Program-made: the position numbers and the translations under genes
Origin: Candidatus Gottesmanbacteria bacterium RIFCSPHIGHO2_02_FULL_39_11
GTDB lineage: Bacteria > Patescibacteriota > Microgenomatia > 2-02-FULL-39-11
Assembly: GCA_001779195.1 (NCBI GenBank)
Contig: MFJL01000026.1
Location: forward strand, 3,226 to 67,225
Direction of reading: 5' to 3'
DNA: 64,000 nt
Shown: positions 17,467 to 26,233 of the stretch, one piece after another
Position numbering within the stretch: the first letter of the stretch is position 1
Layout: every line of letters starts with the position of its first letter
Notes under the pieces: model-generated
What the model was told of the DNA's origin: nothing
What the model saw: only the letters and a program-made list of their open reading frames with translations
Databases searched by the model: none

Positions 17467-18864
17467 TTAAGTACCGGGAAAGGATATAGATACTGTGGTA
17501 CCATGTTCTACTTTGCTGTCGATATCTATTTTCCCGTGATGTGAGGAAATGATAGCCTGAGCAATCGCAAGACCAAGCCCGGAGCCTGAAGCTTTCTCAT
17601 TCTTTGACGCTCTATAAAACCGTTCGAAAATATGGGGCAGATCTTTTTTAGCAATTCCAGTGCCATTGTCTTTTATCTCTACATGAACCAGATTCCTTAT
17701 CTTATGTAACATAATGGTAACTGTTCCATTCTCGTGTGTGTACTTCATTGCGTTATCAACAATATTTAGTATGGCATGGAATAATTTATCTCTTTTCCCG
17801 TGTATTTTAATATCCGGCGCGGTTTCTCCGGTAATTTTAATATTTTTAGAAGAAGCCATTTTTGTCGCCAGTTCGCGGATTTCCTCCAGAAGCTCTGAAA
17901 GATCAAAAACTTCAAAATGAGCAGTAACATCCGCTTCTGACCACGCAAGATCCAAAATGTTTTCCAGCGTTTGCGACATTCTTTTATTATCGATAAGTGT
18001 TTCATCCAAAGCCTTTATATACTCATTTTTTCCTCTCTCTTTTAAGCGTATAATCTCGATATTGCTTCTTTGGGTAGCCAGAGGAGTTTTCAGTTCATGG
18101 GCTACATCTCCAATAAATTGCCGTTCCCTTTTAAATGCCGAATTTAACCGGTCCAAAAGACTGTTAAAAGTTACTGCTAATTCTTTAATCTCGTCATTAG
18201 TGTCGGGAGTATCTACTCGTTCATCAAGATTTTCGTGGCTTATCTTTTTCAGTTTTTCAGAAATGGATGCGATGGGTGCAATCGCGCTTTTGGCGAGAAG
18301 GTATCCCCCAAAAACAGTCGGCAATAAAAATACTACAAAAACGGCTCCAAGTATCAGGAGTAAATTGTTTAGAGAGTTTTCAATCACGTCAATCGGATGA
18401 CCGACAAACACAACCCCATACAACTGATTGTTTTTATAGATGGGGTCAATCCAGAAACGCATTCTAAGATCAGAAATAGTGTGATCTGTAATATGAGGGG
18501 ATTTTGCCGTCGCGGCTTGTTCAAAAAGTTGAGATAGTTTTTTATCGGATCGGTTAACGGTAACGGAACTGCCTACAATATTGCCGGTACTATCCATCAA
18601 AATTACAACCATTCCAGGAATATCGCTAAACTCAGAAAGAAAAGCATTTCGTGCCATCATCTGACATGTTTGACAGGATAGGTTCCCTTCTTTTGTGATC
18701 ACTTCAACAATCGAATTTCCGTGTGATTTAAGTGTTGCATCCGTTTGTGAATATAGAGTGTTTTTTGTAATGAGATAAAAACTGGCAAAAATGACTAGAG
18801 ATGCTATAAAAAAGGCAAGGGAATACCAAACCGTTAGACGAAATCTGACACTTCTCGTATTCAT
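17467..18864 (-). CDS. sensor histidine kinase (CusS/CopS-like)
   Basis: Two TM helices flanking a periplasmic domain containing CQTCQMM, then HAMP, HisKA H-box (HELKTPLA) and HATPase N/G boxes (DNGTGI, GSGLGL). Confidence 0.85.
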   Translation of the reverse strand: MNTRSVRFRLTVWYSLAFFIASLVIFASFYLITKNTLYSQTDATLKSHGNSIVEVITKEGNLSCQTCQMMARNAFLSEFSDIPGMVVILMDSTGNIVGSSVTVNRSDKKLSQLFEQAATAKSPHITDHTISDLRMRFWIDPIYKNNQLYGVVFVGHPIDVIENSLNNLLLILGAVFVVFLLPTVFGGYLLAKSAIAPIASISEKLKKISHENLDERVDTPDTNDEIKELAVTFNSLLDRLNSAFKRERQFIGDVAHELKTPLATQRSNIEIIRLKERGKNEYIKALDETLIDNKRMSQTLENILDLAWSEADVTAHFEVFDLSELLEEIRELATKMASSKNIKITGETAPDIKIHGKRDKLFHAILNIVDNAMKYTHENGTVTIMLHKIRNLVHVEIKDNGTGIAKKDLPHIFERFYRASKNEKASGSGLGLAIAQAIISSHHGKIDIDSKVEHGTTVSISFPGT

Positions 18865-19535
18865 ATTGATTCACTTATTTTATATCCGACACCGTGCAGG
18901 GTATGGATAAGTTTAACTTTCGCTCCTTTATCTACCTTACGCCTGATTGCAGCAAGAAAAACATCTACAACATTGCTCATGCTGTCAAAGTTATAGTCCC
19001 AGACATGTTCAATGATCATGGTTCGTGAAACAACTTCATCTTTATGACGGAGTAAAAGTTCCAGGACTGAAAATTCCTTAGGAGTAAGGGTAATAGGTTT
19101 TCCATTTCTTGTTAATAGATGTTTAATCGGATCCAGTTCCAAATCGGCAACACTTAGCGTGGGTGATGATTCCCCTTTACTGCGTCTTATAAGTGCGTGT
19201 ATTCGCGAGCGAAGTTCCAGATAGGCGAAAGGTTTTGTAATATAATCATCTGCTCCGCTATCAAGGCCGATAACTTTCTCTTCAAGCGTAGCACGGGCAG
19301 TGAGCATAAGGATTGGAGTTTTAATATTTTTCTTACGAAGTTCTTTGCAGATGGTTATCCCATCTGCTTTTGGCAGAGTTATATCCAATATAATAAGATC
19401 ATATTCTTCAGATTCTGCAAGATATTTTCCTTCTTCCCCATCATAAGCGATATCTACAGCAAATCCTTCTTCCGTAAGACCTTTTTTGACTACATTTGCA
19501 AGGCGCCTCTCATCTTCTACAAGAAGTATTCTCAT
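18861..19535 (-). CDS. OmpR-family response regulator (CusR/CopR-like)
   Basis: Receiver domain (MRILLVEDE, DLIILD) plus winged-helix trans_reg_C; it overlaps the kinase gene by 4 nt. Confidence 0.9.
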   Translation of the reverse strand: MRILLVEDERRLANVVKKGLTEEGFAVDIAYDGEEGKYLAESEEYDLIILDITLPKADGITICKELRKKNIKTPILMLTARATLEEKVIGLDSGADDYITKPFAYLELRSRIHALIRRSKGESSPTLSVADLELDPIKHLLTRNGKPITLTPKEFSVLELLLRHKDEVVSRTMIIEHVWDYNFDSMSNVVDVFLAAIRRKVDKGAKVKLIHTLHGVGYKISESI

Positions 19536-19598
19536 AGCCTCTGATTATACACCAAAAAGGTTAAGATTTTATGAAGTTTCCGGTTAGGAACAATATAC

Positions 19599-19913
19599 TT
19601 GACAAGTATATTAGTAATTGCTAATATAGTTAAGATGAAACACGATGTTATTTCCGCATTATGCAATCCGGTGAGACTTAAACTTATTCTCTGCCTTGCC
19701 AGAAAAAGCAAAAACGTACAAGAGCTTATACATACCTGTGGTTTATCTCAGTCGGCAGTTTCCCAACATTTAAATAAGCTAAGAAAAGCCGGGTTAGTAA
19801 AAGATCGAAAGGAAGGTCTATTTATTTATTACTCACTAAAGTATCCTAAAACCGCAAAAATTGCTGAGATGGTTATTAAATTTACTAAGGAGATACGGAA
19901 TGAAAAACAATAA
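19599..19913 (+). CDS. ArsR/SmtB-family metalloregulatory transcriptional repressor
   Basis: HTH CGLSQSAVSQHLNKLRKAGLV; the ALCNPVRLKLI region is typical of the ArsR family. Confidence 0.75.
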   Translation: MTSILVIANIVKMKHDVISALCNPVRLKLILCLARKSKNVQELIHTCGLSQSAVSQHLNKLRKAGLVKDRKEGLFIYYSLKYPKTAKIAEMVIKFTKEIRNEKQ

Positions 19914-20166
19914 AAGTATCACGCATGTAAAATTATACTCAACATTAACCTGTCCGTACTGCATCATGGAACAATCATGGTTAGAAAGTAAAAAGATACA
20001 ACATGAAGTTGTTCATGTGGACCTAAATCCGAAGGAGGCGGAATATATGGTAGAAAAGACCGGACAGATGGGAGTTCCGGTAACGGAGATTGGCTATAAG
20101 GACGGAAAAATGGAATATGTTATCGGATTTGATCAAACGCATCTGGAACAGATTTTACATGTTTGA
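19900..20166 (+). CDS. glutaredoxin-like protein (thioredoxin fold, CPYC)
   Basis: TCPYC active-site motif. ATG at 19900 follows AAGGAGA, overlapping the arsR 3' end. Confidence 0.7.
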   Translation: MKNNKSITHVKLYSTLTCPYCIMEQSWLESKKIQHEVVHVDLNPKEAEYMVEKTGQMGVPVTEIGYKDGKMEYVIGFDQTHLEQILHV

Positions 20167-20500
20167 TATTACAGAACCTCAAGTTCCGGAAATTACCGCA
20201 GAAAACGTAAAAAAATCCATCGATGCAAAAGAGGGAGCACTTCTACTGGATGTCCGGACTGCCGGAGAATACTTGCGTGGAAAAATTGAAGGAAGCATAA
20301 ATATACCGGTGGATGAAGTGACAAACTTCGTCGAATCGGTTGTCCCGGATAAAAGTCATACCATATACGTTTATTGTCTGTCTGGCTCCCGAAGCGTTCA
20401 TGCGGTTAGCACAATGGTAAAACTGGGATACACGCGTGTCTACAATATGATAAACGGCTTACTGGCGTGGCGGGCAAAGGGTTACCCGGTAGAAGGATAA
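20159..20500 (+). CDS. single-domain rhodanese (sulfurtransferase)
   Basis: Rhodanese fold with active-site loop CLSGSRS (CxxGxR type). Its ATG overlaps the glutaredoxin stop. Confidence 0.75.
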   Translation: MFDITEPQVPEITAENVKKSIDAKEGALLLDVRTAGEYLRGKIEGSINIPVDEVTNFVESVVPDKSHTIYVYCLSGSRSVHAVSTMVKLGYTRVYNMINGLLAWRAKGYPVEG

Positions 20501-20511
20501 TCTGTCAGAAC

Positions 20512-21084
20512 TCATTTCTCCACCGGTTCTTCCTTCTTCTGTTTTCTTCTTGTCCAAAGCTTTTCAAACCACCAGGGAATGGTGGTCATGGGGCCGAAAA
20601 TGCTGCCTATAATTGAAAAAAGCTTTGTCTGTCCTGTGGTAAACCCGAAGGTATTTGTGACAGTGATCCCTAATATTTTTGTATTTAAACTGTCAGACAC
20701 CGCTATCTCATACGTACCGGTTTTTCGGGGAGTCATAATCCAGGAGAGAAACCCTTTGCTTCCTTTTTGAAGGGTGATCGTCTGTTCGTCTTTGGAAGGC
20801 GTAATATCAAACCCGGGAGAACGCAGGGAGAGAATGGAGACACAATTCTCCGAGGCGGGATTATCTATATGTATAAGAAGAGCTTGGGATTTGTCCTCCG
20901 ACATCACCCGTTCCGAAACGTCCGCGTTCCAGATGCAGAGGGGCGGCCCCTGTACTATTCCATGTGCCGTTTTTTCGCTATCGCGGGAAACAGCATTTTT
21001 CTCCTCCTGATAAAGGGTAAAAAGAAAATACAGGCTGACAAGGAAAAACACAGCGCCGAGTATTCCAATAATTTTTTTTGTCAT
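20512..21084 (-). CDS. hypothetical membrane-anchored protein
   Basis: N-terminal TM helix followed by a ~150-aa soluble domain; no recognisable motif. Confidence 0.3.
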   Translation of the reverse strand: MTKKIIGILGAVFFLVSLYFLFTLYQEEKNAVSRDSEKTAHGIVQGPPLCIWNADVSERVMSEDKSQALLIHIDNPASENCVSILSLRSPGFDITPSKDEQTITLQKGSKGFLSWIMTPRKTGTYEIAVSDSLNTKILGITVTNTFGFTTGQTKLFSIIGSIFGPMTTIPWWFEKLWTRRKQKKEEPVEK

Positions 21085-21099
21085 TTAAATTAAATTATG

Positions 21100-22066
21100 A
21101 ATAGGAAGGGGGATTTTTAAATGTTTCTTCCAAACTGTTTTTTACAGATATAAAATCCATCTTTTCTCTTTCATGAATAAGAGCTTTTATACCTTGTATA
21201 GCACCATCGTATTTTGAAAATAACTGTCTGACCGTCTGTTGTACTTCAGCATCCATACTTCCAATCTCTAACTGTAGTTGAGATTGTCTGCCTTGGCTAA
21301 AATGAACCTGGGAATTAAGCCATGCCAGTAGTCTTTGTTGATAGAATTCTTCTTTTCCCGATCTCTTTCTCCGTTCTCATTGACTGATCTAAAATACTGA
21401 GCAATATCCAGATTATCCTCTATATATAACGAGTCTGCTTCCCACCGGGCAGTTCCTGATCCTTCCATTCCCCCTCCTCCTAAATCTGCCAAGGCAACCG
21501 CCTGAGCAACTAAGTTTCCTTTGTATTTCACAAACTCCGGTTGCGTCACAGTTCCTAGGGATACGTCAAAATTGGGAACAGTCAATAGAATTGCTTCCTG
21601 TACTTTCTGTCTATCTGATTCCGTAAATACTTCCTCCCCCGTTTCTTTATTAACCCCTGTCATATATTCTATCGCCAACTTGGCGCTGGACTGTTCATTA
21701 TTTCCCAAAGCACGTTTTCTTTTTACCATTGCCCGCCCTTTAGCATCTTCTTACCGGATTCGGCTTCCAATTCTGGACCGTATCATGCCATGCCGCGGCA
21801 AATTTGGCCAGACCAATATCTCTCTCTGTGACTTTATGTGAATTGGGGTTTGCCTGTCTTACTGCATTCAGGATACTTTCGCTCCGATGCATCACCCCTT
21901 GTGTATGAATTCTTATATGGTATGACAATCGGTTTTCGAGATTGGGATTTCTTTCAAAGTTTTCTTCAATTCTGGATAAGGCAGATGAAATCCCCCGTGC
22001 GATTGAGGCGTTGAATTTTTGTTCGTGTGATAAATTCCCTTCTGAAGGTTGAATCGTTTCAGTCAT
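21100..22066 (-). pseudogene. probable frameshifted gene (three consecutive same-strand ORF fragments; HD-like H...HD motif in the N-terminal fragment)
   Basis: ORFs 21740-22066 and 21268-21729 are separated by 10 nt. Protein-like coding in a third frame continues below 21268 to ~21100. The pattern H..H...AAWHD suggests an HD phosphohydrolase. Confidence 0.25.
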
Positions 22067-22149
22067 TATGGGTGAATTATTTCATAAGAAGGAACAAGAA
22101 ATCAAATGGAGCTCTTCCTGATAAAAATATGGTTTTGCTTTTCATAGAA

Positions 22150-22398
22150 TCATTTATACACTCCGTGTCTGTGTGCAATCGTCACAACATATACCCTCTT
22201 TTCTTTTTCATGGACATAATAAAGTATCCGGTAGGGCCAGGCCCGCAGAGACCTCGTTTCCGACAAAGTCCCCGAAAGTTTTTTGCCTTCTGCAGAATTT
22301 TTTTCCAGGAGTAAAAGTCTTTTTCTTATCTTTATTTGTTCCGTTTTCGGAAGACGAAGATATTGCTTAGCGGCTTTCGGAGTAATAATGACTTCCAT
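22150..22398 (-). CDS. RelE/ParE-family type II toxin
   Basis: 82 aa, with C-terminal RAWPYRILYYVHEKEKRVYVVTIAHRHG typical of the RelE/ParE fold; 4 nt downstream of the antitoxin. Confidence 0.7.
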   Translation of the reverse strand: MEVIITPKAAKQYLRLPKTEQIKIRKRLLLLEKNSAEGKKLSGTLSETRSLRAWPYRILYYVHEKEKRVYVVTIAHRHGVYK

Positions 22399-22401
22399 TT
22401 T

Positions 22402-22656
22402 TTATTTTAAGTCAGAGAGACGGATGCCCTGACCCTTTTTTGCCTGTTTCATGCCTTCCGAAATGCTTTTTTTGGCTCCGGGAATGGCAAAGATTTCCGC
22501 TGTCTCTTCAAGAGATTCTAATTCCTCCGCACTTACAAGTGTTGCCTTCGGCTGTCCGTTCACGGTGATCGTCACCCGATCCATATGCTGACTGACCTTA
22601 TTGACCAGATCCGGAAGGATCATTCGCGCGTCCGATATAGAAATTATGTTGCTCAT
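22402..22656 (-). CDS. Phd/YefM-family antitoxin
   Basis: MSNIISISDARMILPDLVNKV...LVSAEELESLEETAEI matches YefM/Phd. The start is taken at the internal Met; the ORF track extends to 22707. Confidence 0.7.
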   Translation of the reverse strand: MSNIISISDARMILPDLVNKVSQHMDRVTITVNGQPKATLVSAEELESLEETAEIFAIPGAKKSISEGMKQAKKGQGIRLSDLK

Positions 22657-22762
22657 ACCTAAAATGTACAACATTATGTACAAGATGTCAAGAGGAGATA
22701 TAACCACTATTTGCGCAAGTTAAAAACAAAATGCAGAATTTCATATGCAAGATCTTTCCTTT

Positions 22763-23182
22763 TCACTCTGAAACTGTAAATTTATTTTTCTTATAACTCT
22801 TGATTAAATATTCTGCGGCTGGAAATAAGTTTTGTGGGATTTTATCTTTATCAAACCATTCCCATTTCTCCCAGTCCTCCGGAATTAAGAGTTTCGGTCC
22901 ACCATCAATTTCTGCTGTTACTCCTATGCCGATATAGTGATTGCCGAAGGCGTAATTTGCGTTTACGGAAATGATTTTATACTTTTTAATACCGCATCCG
23001 AACTCTTCTTTGATATTCCGTCTCACCGTATCCCCGATTTTTTCTGCGAATCTGATATCTCTTCCAGGTACACCGTAAACCTGTTGTCCGTTATACATCC
23101 ACTTCTTAGTCAGTAGACCCAAGAGAATTTTATTATCTTTAATAACCAAAATAGCTACACTAACTTTTGGATATTTTTTCAT
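22763..23182 (-). CDS. NUDIX hydrolase
   Basis: Nudix box GVPGRDIRFAEKIGDTVRRNIKEEFG (Gx5Ex7REUxEExGU). Confidence 0.7.
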   Translation of the reverse strand: MKKYPKVSVAILVIKDNKILLGLLTKKWMYNGQQVYGVPGRDIRFAEKIGDTVRRNIKEEFGCGIKKYKIISVNANYAFGNHYIGIGVTAEIDGGPKLLIPEDWEKWEWFDKDKIPQNLFPAAEYLIKSYKKNKFTVSE

Positions 23183-23260
23183 ATTAGGCTGGGTTTACAT
23201 ATTCTGTTAGAACTTATTTTATTAATTTTTAAGTATATATTTCAACAAAATATACTGTCA

Positions 23261-23875
23261 CTAGTTCAAATATTTTTCAATTTTATCAATAATCTTCTTT
23301 GCATTATCAAACACATTATTAACATCTTTTTTTTGATAAAAATCATCCGTCTCTTTTAAGGCAGCTAGATGTATTCTGTTTCTTATCTTTCTTATTTTCT
23401 CTGCACAATCATATTCTTCTTTATCAAAAACTTTTGCTCTAAAGGCAGCTTTATTTAGTGTAATAAATTGAGTACTATCTTCAAAAGATTCACATTGTTT
23501 ACGTTTTATGACGCCACAAACTTTTTCAACTCCTGATATTTTATAGAGATCTTTGCATGTGATTTCTTTCCATTCAATATCCATAATATCTTTTTCTTCG
23601 ATCTTATTTAGAAATATAGCAGTTTTTAAACAGTAATATATGCAACTTTCTACTATTGCGGCAGTATGAACAATAATATCCTTAAATATAGAGTATGAAA
23701 TGGGACCTGGTAATTTTACTTTATCTTCCTCTAGGATAATCAAAAAGAGAATGTACCTAAAAGAAATAGTAATGTTTGTTCCTAAAAGATCATCTTTGAT
23801 AAATTTAAATCTAGCCTCAATGGTCTTTTGGGAAGGAATTTGCGGATTTAAAGAAGATAAAATCTTACTACCCAT
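23261..23875 (-). CDS. hypothetical protein with HEPN-like R-x6-H motif (RKIRNRIH)
   Basis: 204 aa, largely alpha-helical, with a C-terminal RKIRNRIHLAA motif compatible with the HEPN Rx4-6H signature. This is inference only. Confidence 0.3.
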   Translation of the reverse strand: MGSKILSSLNPQIPSQKTIEARFKFIKDDLLGTNITISFRYILFLIILEEDKVKLPGPISYSIFKDIIVHTAAIVESCIYYCLKTAIFLNKIEEKDIMDIEWKEITCKDLYKISGVEKVCGVIKRKQCESFEDSTQFITLNKAAFRAKVFDKEEYDCAEKIRKIRNRIHLAALKETDDFYQKKDVNNVFDNAKKIIDKIEKYLN

Positions 23876-24029
23876 TTTTGAGTAATTTACTTAATGAATC
23901 ATACCCTTTTTCTTTAAGATATTTGCCTAATTTCTTATCTGATCTCACACCAAAATCTTTACCATATTTTTTTTCAATAGTACCCATTTTCGTATCAGTT
24001 CTTTTACTTCTAAAGCTGGGATTCTTCAT
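23868..24029 (-). CDS. unannotated 53-aa basic protein translationally coupled (ATGGGTAG overlap) to the 23261-23875 gene
   Basis: Hand-translated: MKNPSFRSKRTDTKMGTIEKKYGKDFGVRSDKKLGKYLKEKGYDSLSKLLKNG; its stop overlaps the downstream start by 8 nt. Confidence 0.3.
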   Translation of the reverse strand: MKNPSFRSKRTDTKMGTIEKKYGKDFGVRSDKKLGKYLKEKGYDSLSKLLKNG

Positions 24030-24204
24030 ACATTTATTATATACTACTTTTCATTTTTTTTGTTTTAGTCATCGCTTGATCAATTAATATATCAACAAAA
24101 AAGGATAAAAACATAAATCCTAAAATCCTCCACCCTCCAGGTGGGGATGACTATTAGGGTCTATTTCTCACCCAACTAACAAGAAATATTGTACCGTATA
24201 GTTG

Positions 24205-24582
24205 CTAAGTCATACGATAAATATATGCATCTTCGATGAAGTAGTTATTAATCGTATTTTTAGAAAATCTGATACCAGAAATAGCAGTTCTTCCGGTACT
24301 TATAGCTTTTTTTAGCATAACTACTAAATTGTTATTGGGACTTACTACAGATATGTCCTTAAGGGAAATAATATTATTTCCAAGATAACTCTGGATGTCC
24401 TGGTAAACCTTTAAAGGTCCTTCTTCGTCAACTCTGGAGGAAGATATGACATATTTCCAACTATCAGAATTTTGATCATAGAACCACATAGCTGCATTAA
24501 CAGGAAATTTTTTTGAATCTAAGTTTTTCAATAACGTTTTACCCTCCGTTATGTATTTATCTACCAATATTTTTGTATCCAT
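24205..24582 (-). CDS. hypothetical protein, downstream partner of HEPN-domain gene
   Basis: 125 aa; overlaps the HEPN gene by 22 nt; no nucleotidyltransferase GSxDxD motif. Confidence 0.3.
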   Translation of the reverse strand: MDTKILVDKYITEGKTLLKNLDSKKFPVNAAMWFYDQNSDSWKYVISSSRVDEEGPLKVYQDIQSYLGNNIISLKDISVVSPNNNLVVMLKKAISTGRTAISGIRFSKNTINNYFIEDAYIYRMT

Positions 24583-24977
24583 TGCAATACTCCTTTCCTT
24601 GAATCAGTGATTGATAGGATCATGTCTTCTGCTTTTTTTCGTTGGTGCTGTTCATAACGAGCATTTTCTGACCAATCCTTAGCAACACCCCAATAGGTAT
24701 CGAATGTCTTATCTGCTTTTATCTGGTTATTAAGTTTTATTTCTAGCCCTGCTCCTTTTATCAGTTTTTCCAACTCATGTGTGTAGATGTTGTCAAGTGA
24801 TTTTCTGTCTAAAGGGAAATCGCCTTTCCTCGTTTTTCTAGCTATGCATGCTTTAAGTGCACACTCGATTACATATCCACTAATATAATACGCTCCCGAA
24901 TAATGACCCTTTTTTAGAAGAATTTGTGCTTCTTTTAATCGTATCGTTGATAGTTTTTTAAAGAGTAATCTATTCAT
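24561..24977 (-). CDS. HEPN-domain protein
   Basis: GYVIECALKACIA helix and overall 4-helix pattern of the classical HEPN domain; 138 aa. Confidence 0.5.
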   Translation of the reverse strand: MNRLLFKKLSTIRLKEAQILLKKGHYSGAYYISGYVIECALKACIARKTRKGDFPLDRKSLDNIYTHELEKLIKGAGLEIKLNNQIKADKTFDTYWGVAKDWSENARYEQHQRKKAEDMILSITDSRKGVLQWIQKYW

Positions 24978-25162
24978 AGAATTAAAAAAATAGATTCAAA
25001 TACATTTTAACATATCCGTGAAAGAGTGAGACTTTCCGAAGTGTTCACGTTGTTGATGTGATGGTCAAACTTAGGTATACCCAATCAAATCCTCTACCCT
25101 CCAGGTGGAAATGATAATCTTTTCTTCCATATTATTTTCACCCTTGCTCTGAGTGAGCTGTA

Positions 25163-26212
25163 TTACCTTTCTATGTAATCGTCATTTTTCATCGAAGGAT
25201 CAAGATCAACATAAAAATTTCTTTCCCAGGCATGATGTTTCAATTTTTCCATAAGTTGACCTGTTAATTTACGACCATCCGAAACGGATGCATTATCATC
25301 GACATATTTTACTTTTCTTGTTCCGGGGATAACTGTGGAAATTTCATCAAAAGAAAGTATCCAACGAAGAGCTAATTCCGGTAAAGTTTTTGCCTCGTTT
25401 CCTAAAAGTTTTTCAAGTTTTTTAATTCTTGGGATAAGTAACTTTAATCGTTCCTCACTAAAATATTTTGATCTCATATCGTCGTTAAACTTGCTTTCTA
25501 GTGTAAGTTTTCCGGTTAAACCTCCTTCGTCTCGTGGTACTCGAGCAATTAAACCGACGTTATGCTTTTTGGCAAATGGCAGAAGTTTTTCTGTAGGTTT
25601 TTGGTGAAAAATATTAAAAATAAATTGTATAGTACCAATTAAGCCTGTTTCTAAAGTTTTGAAACAGTTACTTGGTTGGTAATCGTTAATAGAAATTCCC
25701 CAGTATTTTACTTTCCCCTTTTTTGTAATACTCTGTATTTCTGATTTCCAGTCATCCTCTTCCACAAACTGATCTTGCCAGACGTGGAATTGCATGAGAT
25801 CAAGCGAGTCAATCTTTAAACTCTTTAGAGAACTATCAACCATTTTTTCAATATAACCTTTTGGAAATACTTCTGAAATCGGCACACCTCTCCATGCTGG
25901 CCATTTGCGGTTTTTACCGGGAATCTTGGAGGCGATAATTATCTTTTCTCTGTTACCCGACTCTTTAATAAACTTACCGATCAATTCTTCTGAACAATGT
26001 TTTCCTTGTTCATCACCTGGTTCATCAACTCTACCATAAACCCAAGCCGTATCTATAAAATTGCCTCTTAGCTCAACGAAACGATACAATGCTCTCATGC
26101 TTTCATTTTCATCCGGCGCATCCCAACCCCATGGTTTGCCCGCAAGTTGCCATGTACCCATACCAACTTCCGAAACTCGTAATCCTGTTTTACCAAGTGT
26201 TCTGTATTTCAT
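25163..26212 (-). CDS. aldo/keto reductase family oxidoreductase
   Basis: N-terminus YRTLGKTGLRVSEVGMGTW plus typical AKR length and (alpha/beta)8 pattern. Confidence 0.8.
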   Translation of the reverse strand: MKYRTLGKTGLRVSEVGMGTWQLAGKPWGWDAPDENESMRALYRFVELRGNFIDTAWVYGRVDEPGDEQGKHCSEELIGKFIKESGNREKIIIASKIPGKNRKWPAWRGVPISEVFPKGYIEKMVDSSLKSLKIDSLDLMQFHVWQDQFVEEDDWKSEIQSITKKGKVKYWGISINDYQPSNCFKTLETGLIGTIQFIFNIFHQKPTEKLLPFAKKHNVGLIARVPRDEGGLTGKLTLESKFNDDMRSKYFSEERLKLLIPRIKKLEKLLGNEAKTLPELALRWILSFDEISTVIPGTRKVKYVDDNASVSDGRKLTGQLMEKLKHHAWERNFYVDLDPSMKNDDYIER

Positions 26213-26233
26213 ATTTTTATCTTAGTATATTCA

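Noticed and set aside
20159-20500. Rhodanese as Acr2/Cdc25-type arsenate reductase
   Set aside because: The active-site loop is CLSGSR (6-residue rhodanese type), not the 7-residue CX5R of Cdc25/Acr2 phosphatase-like arsenate reductases.
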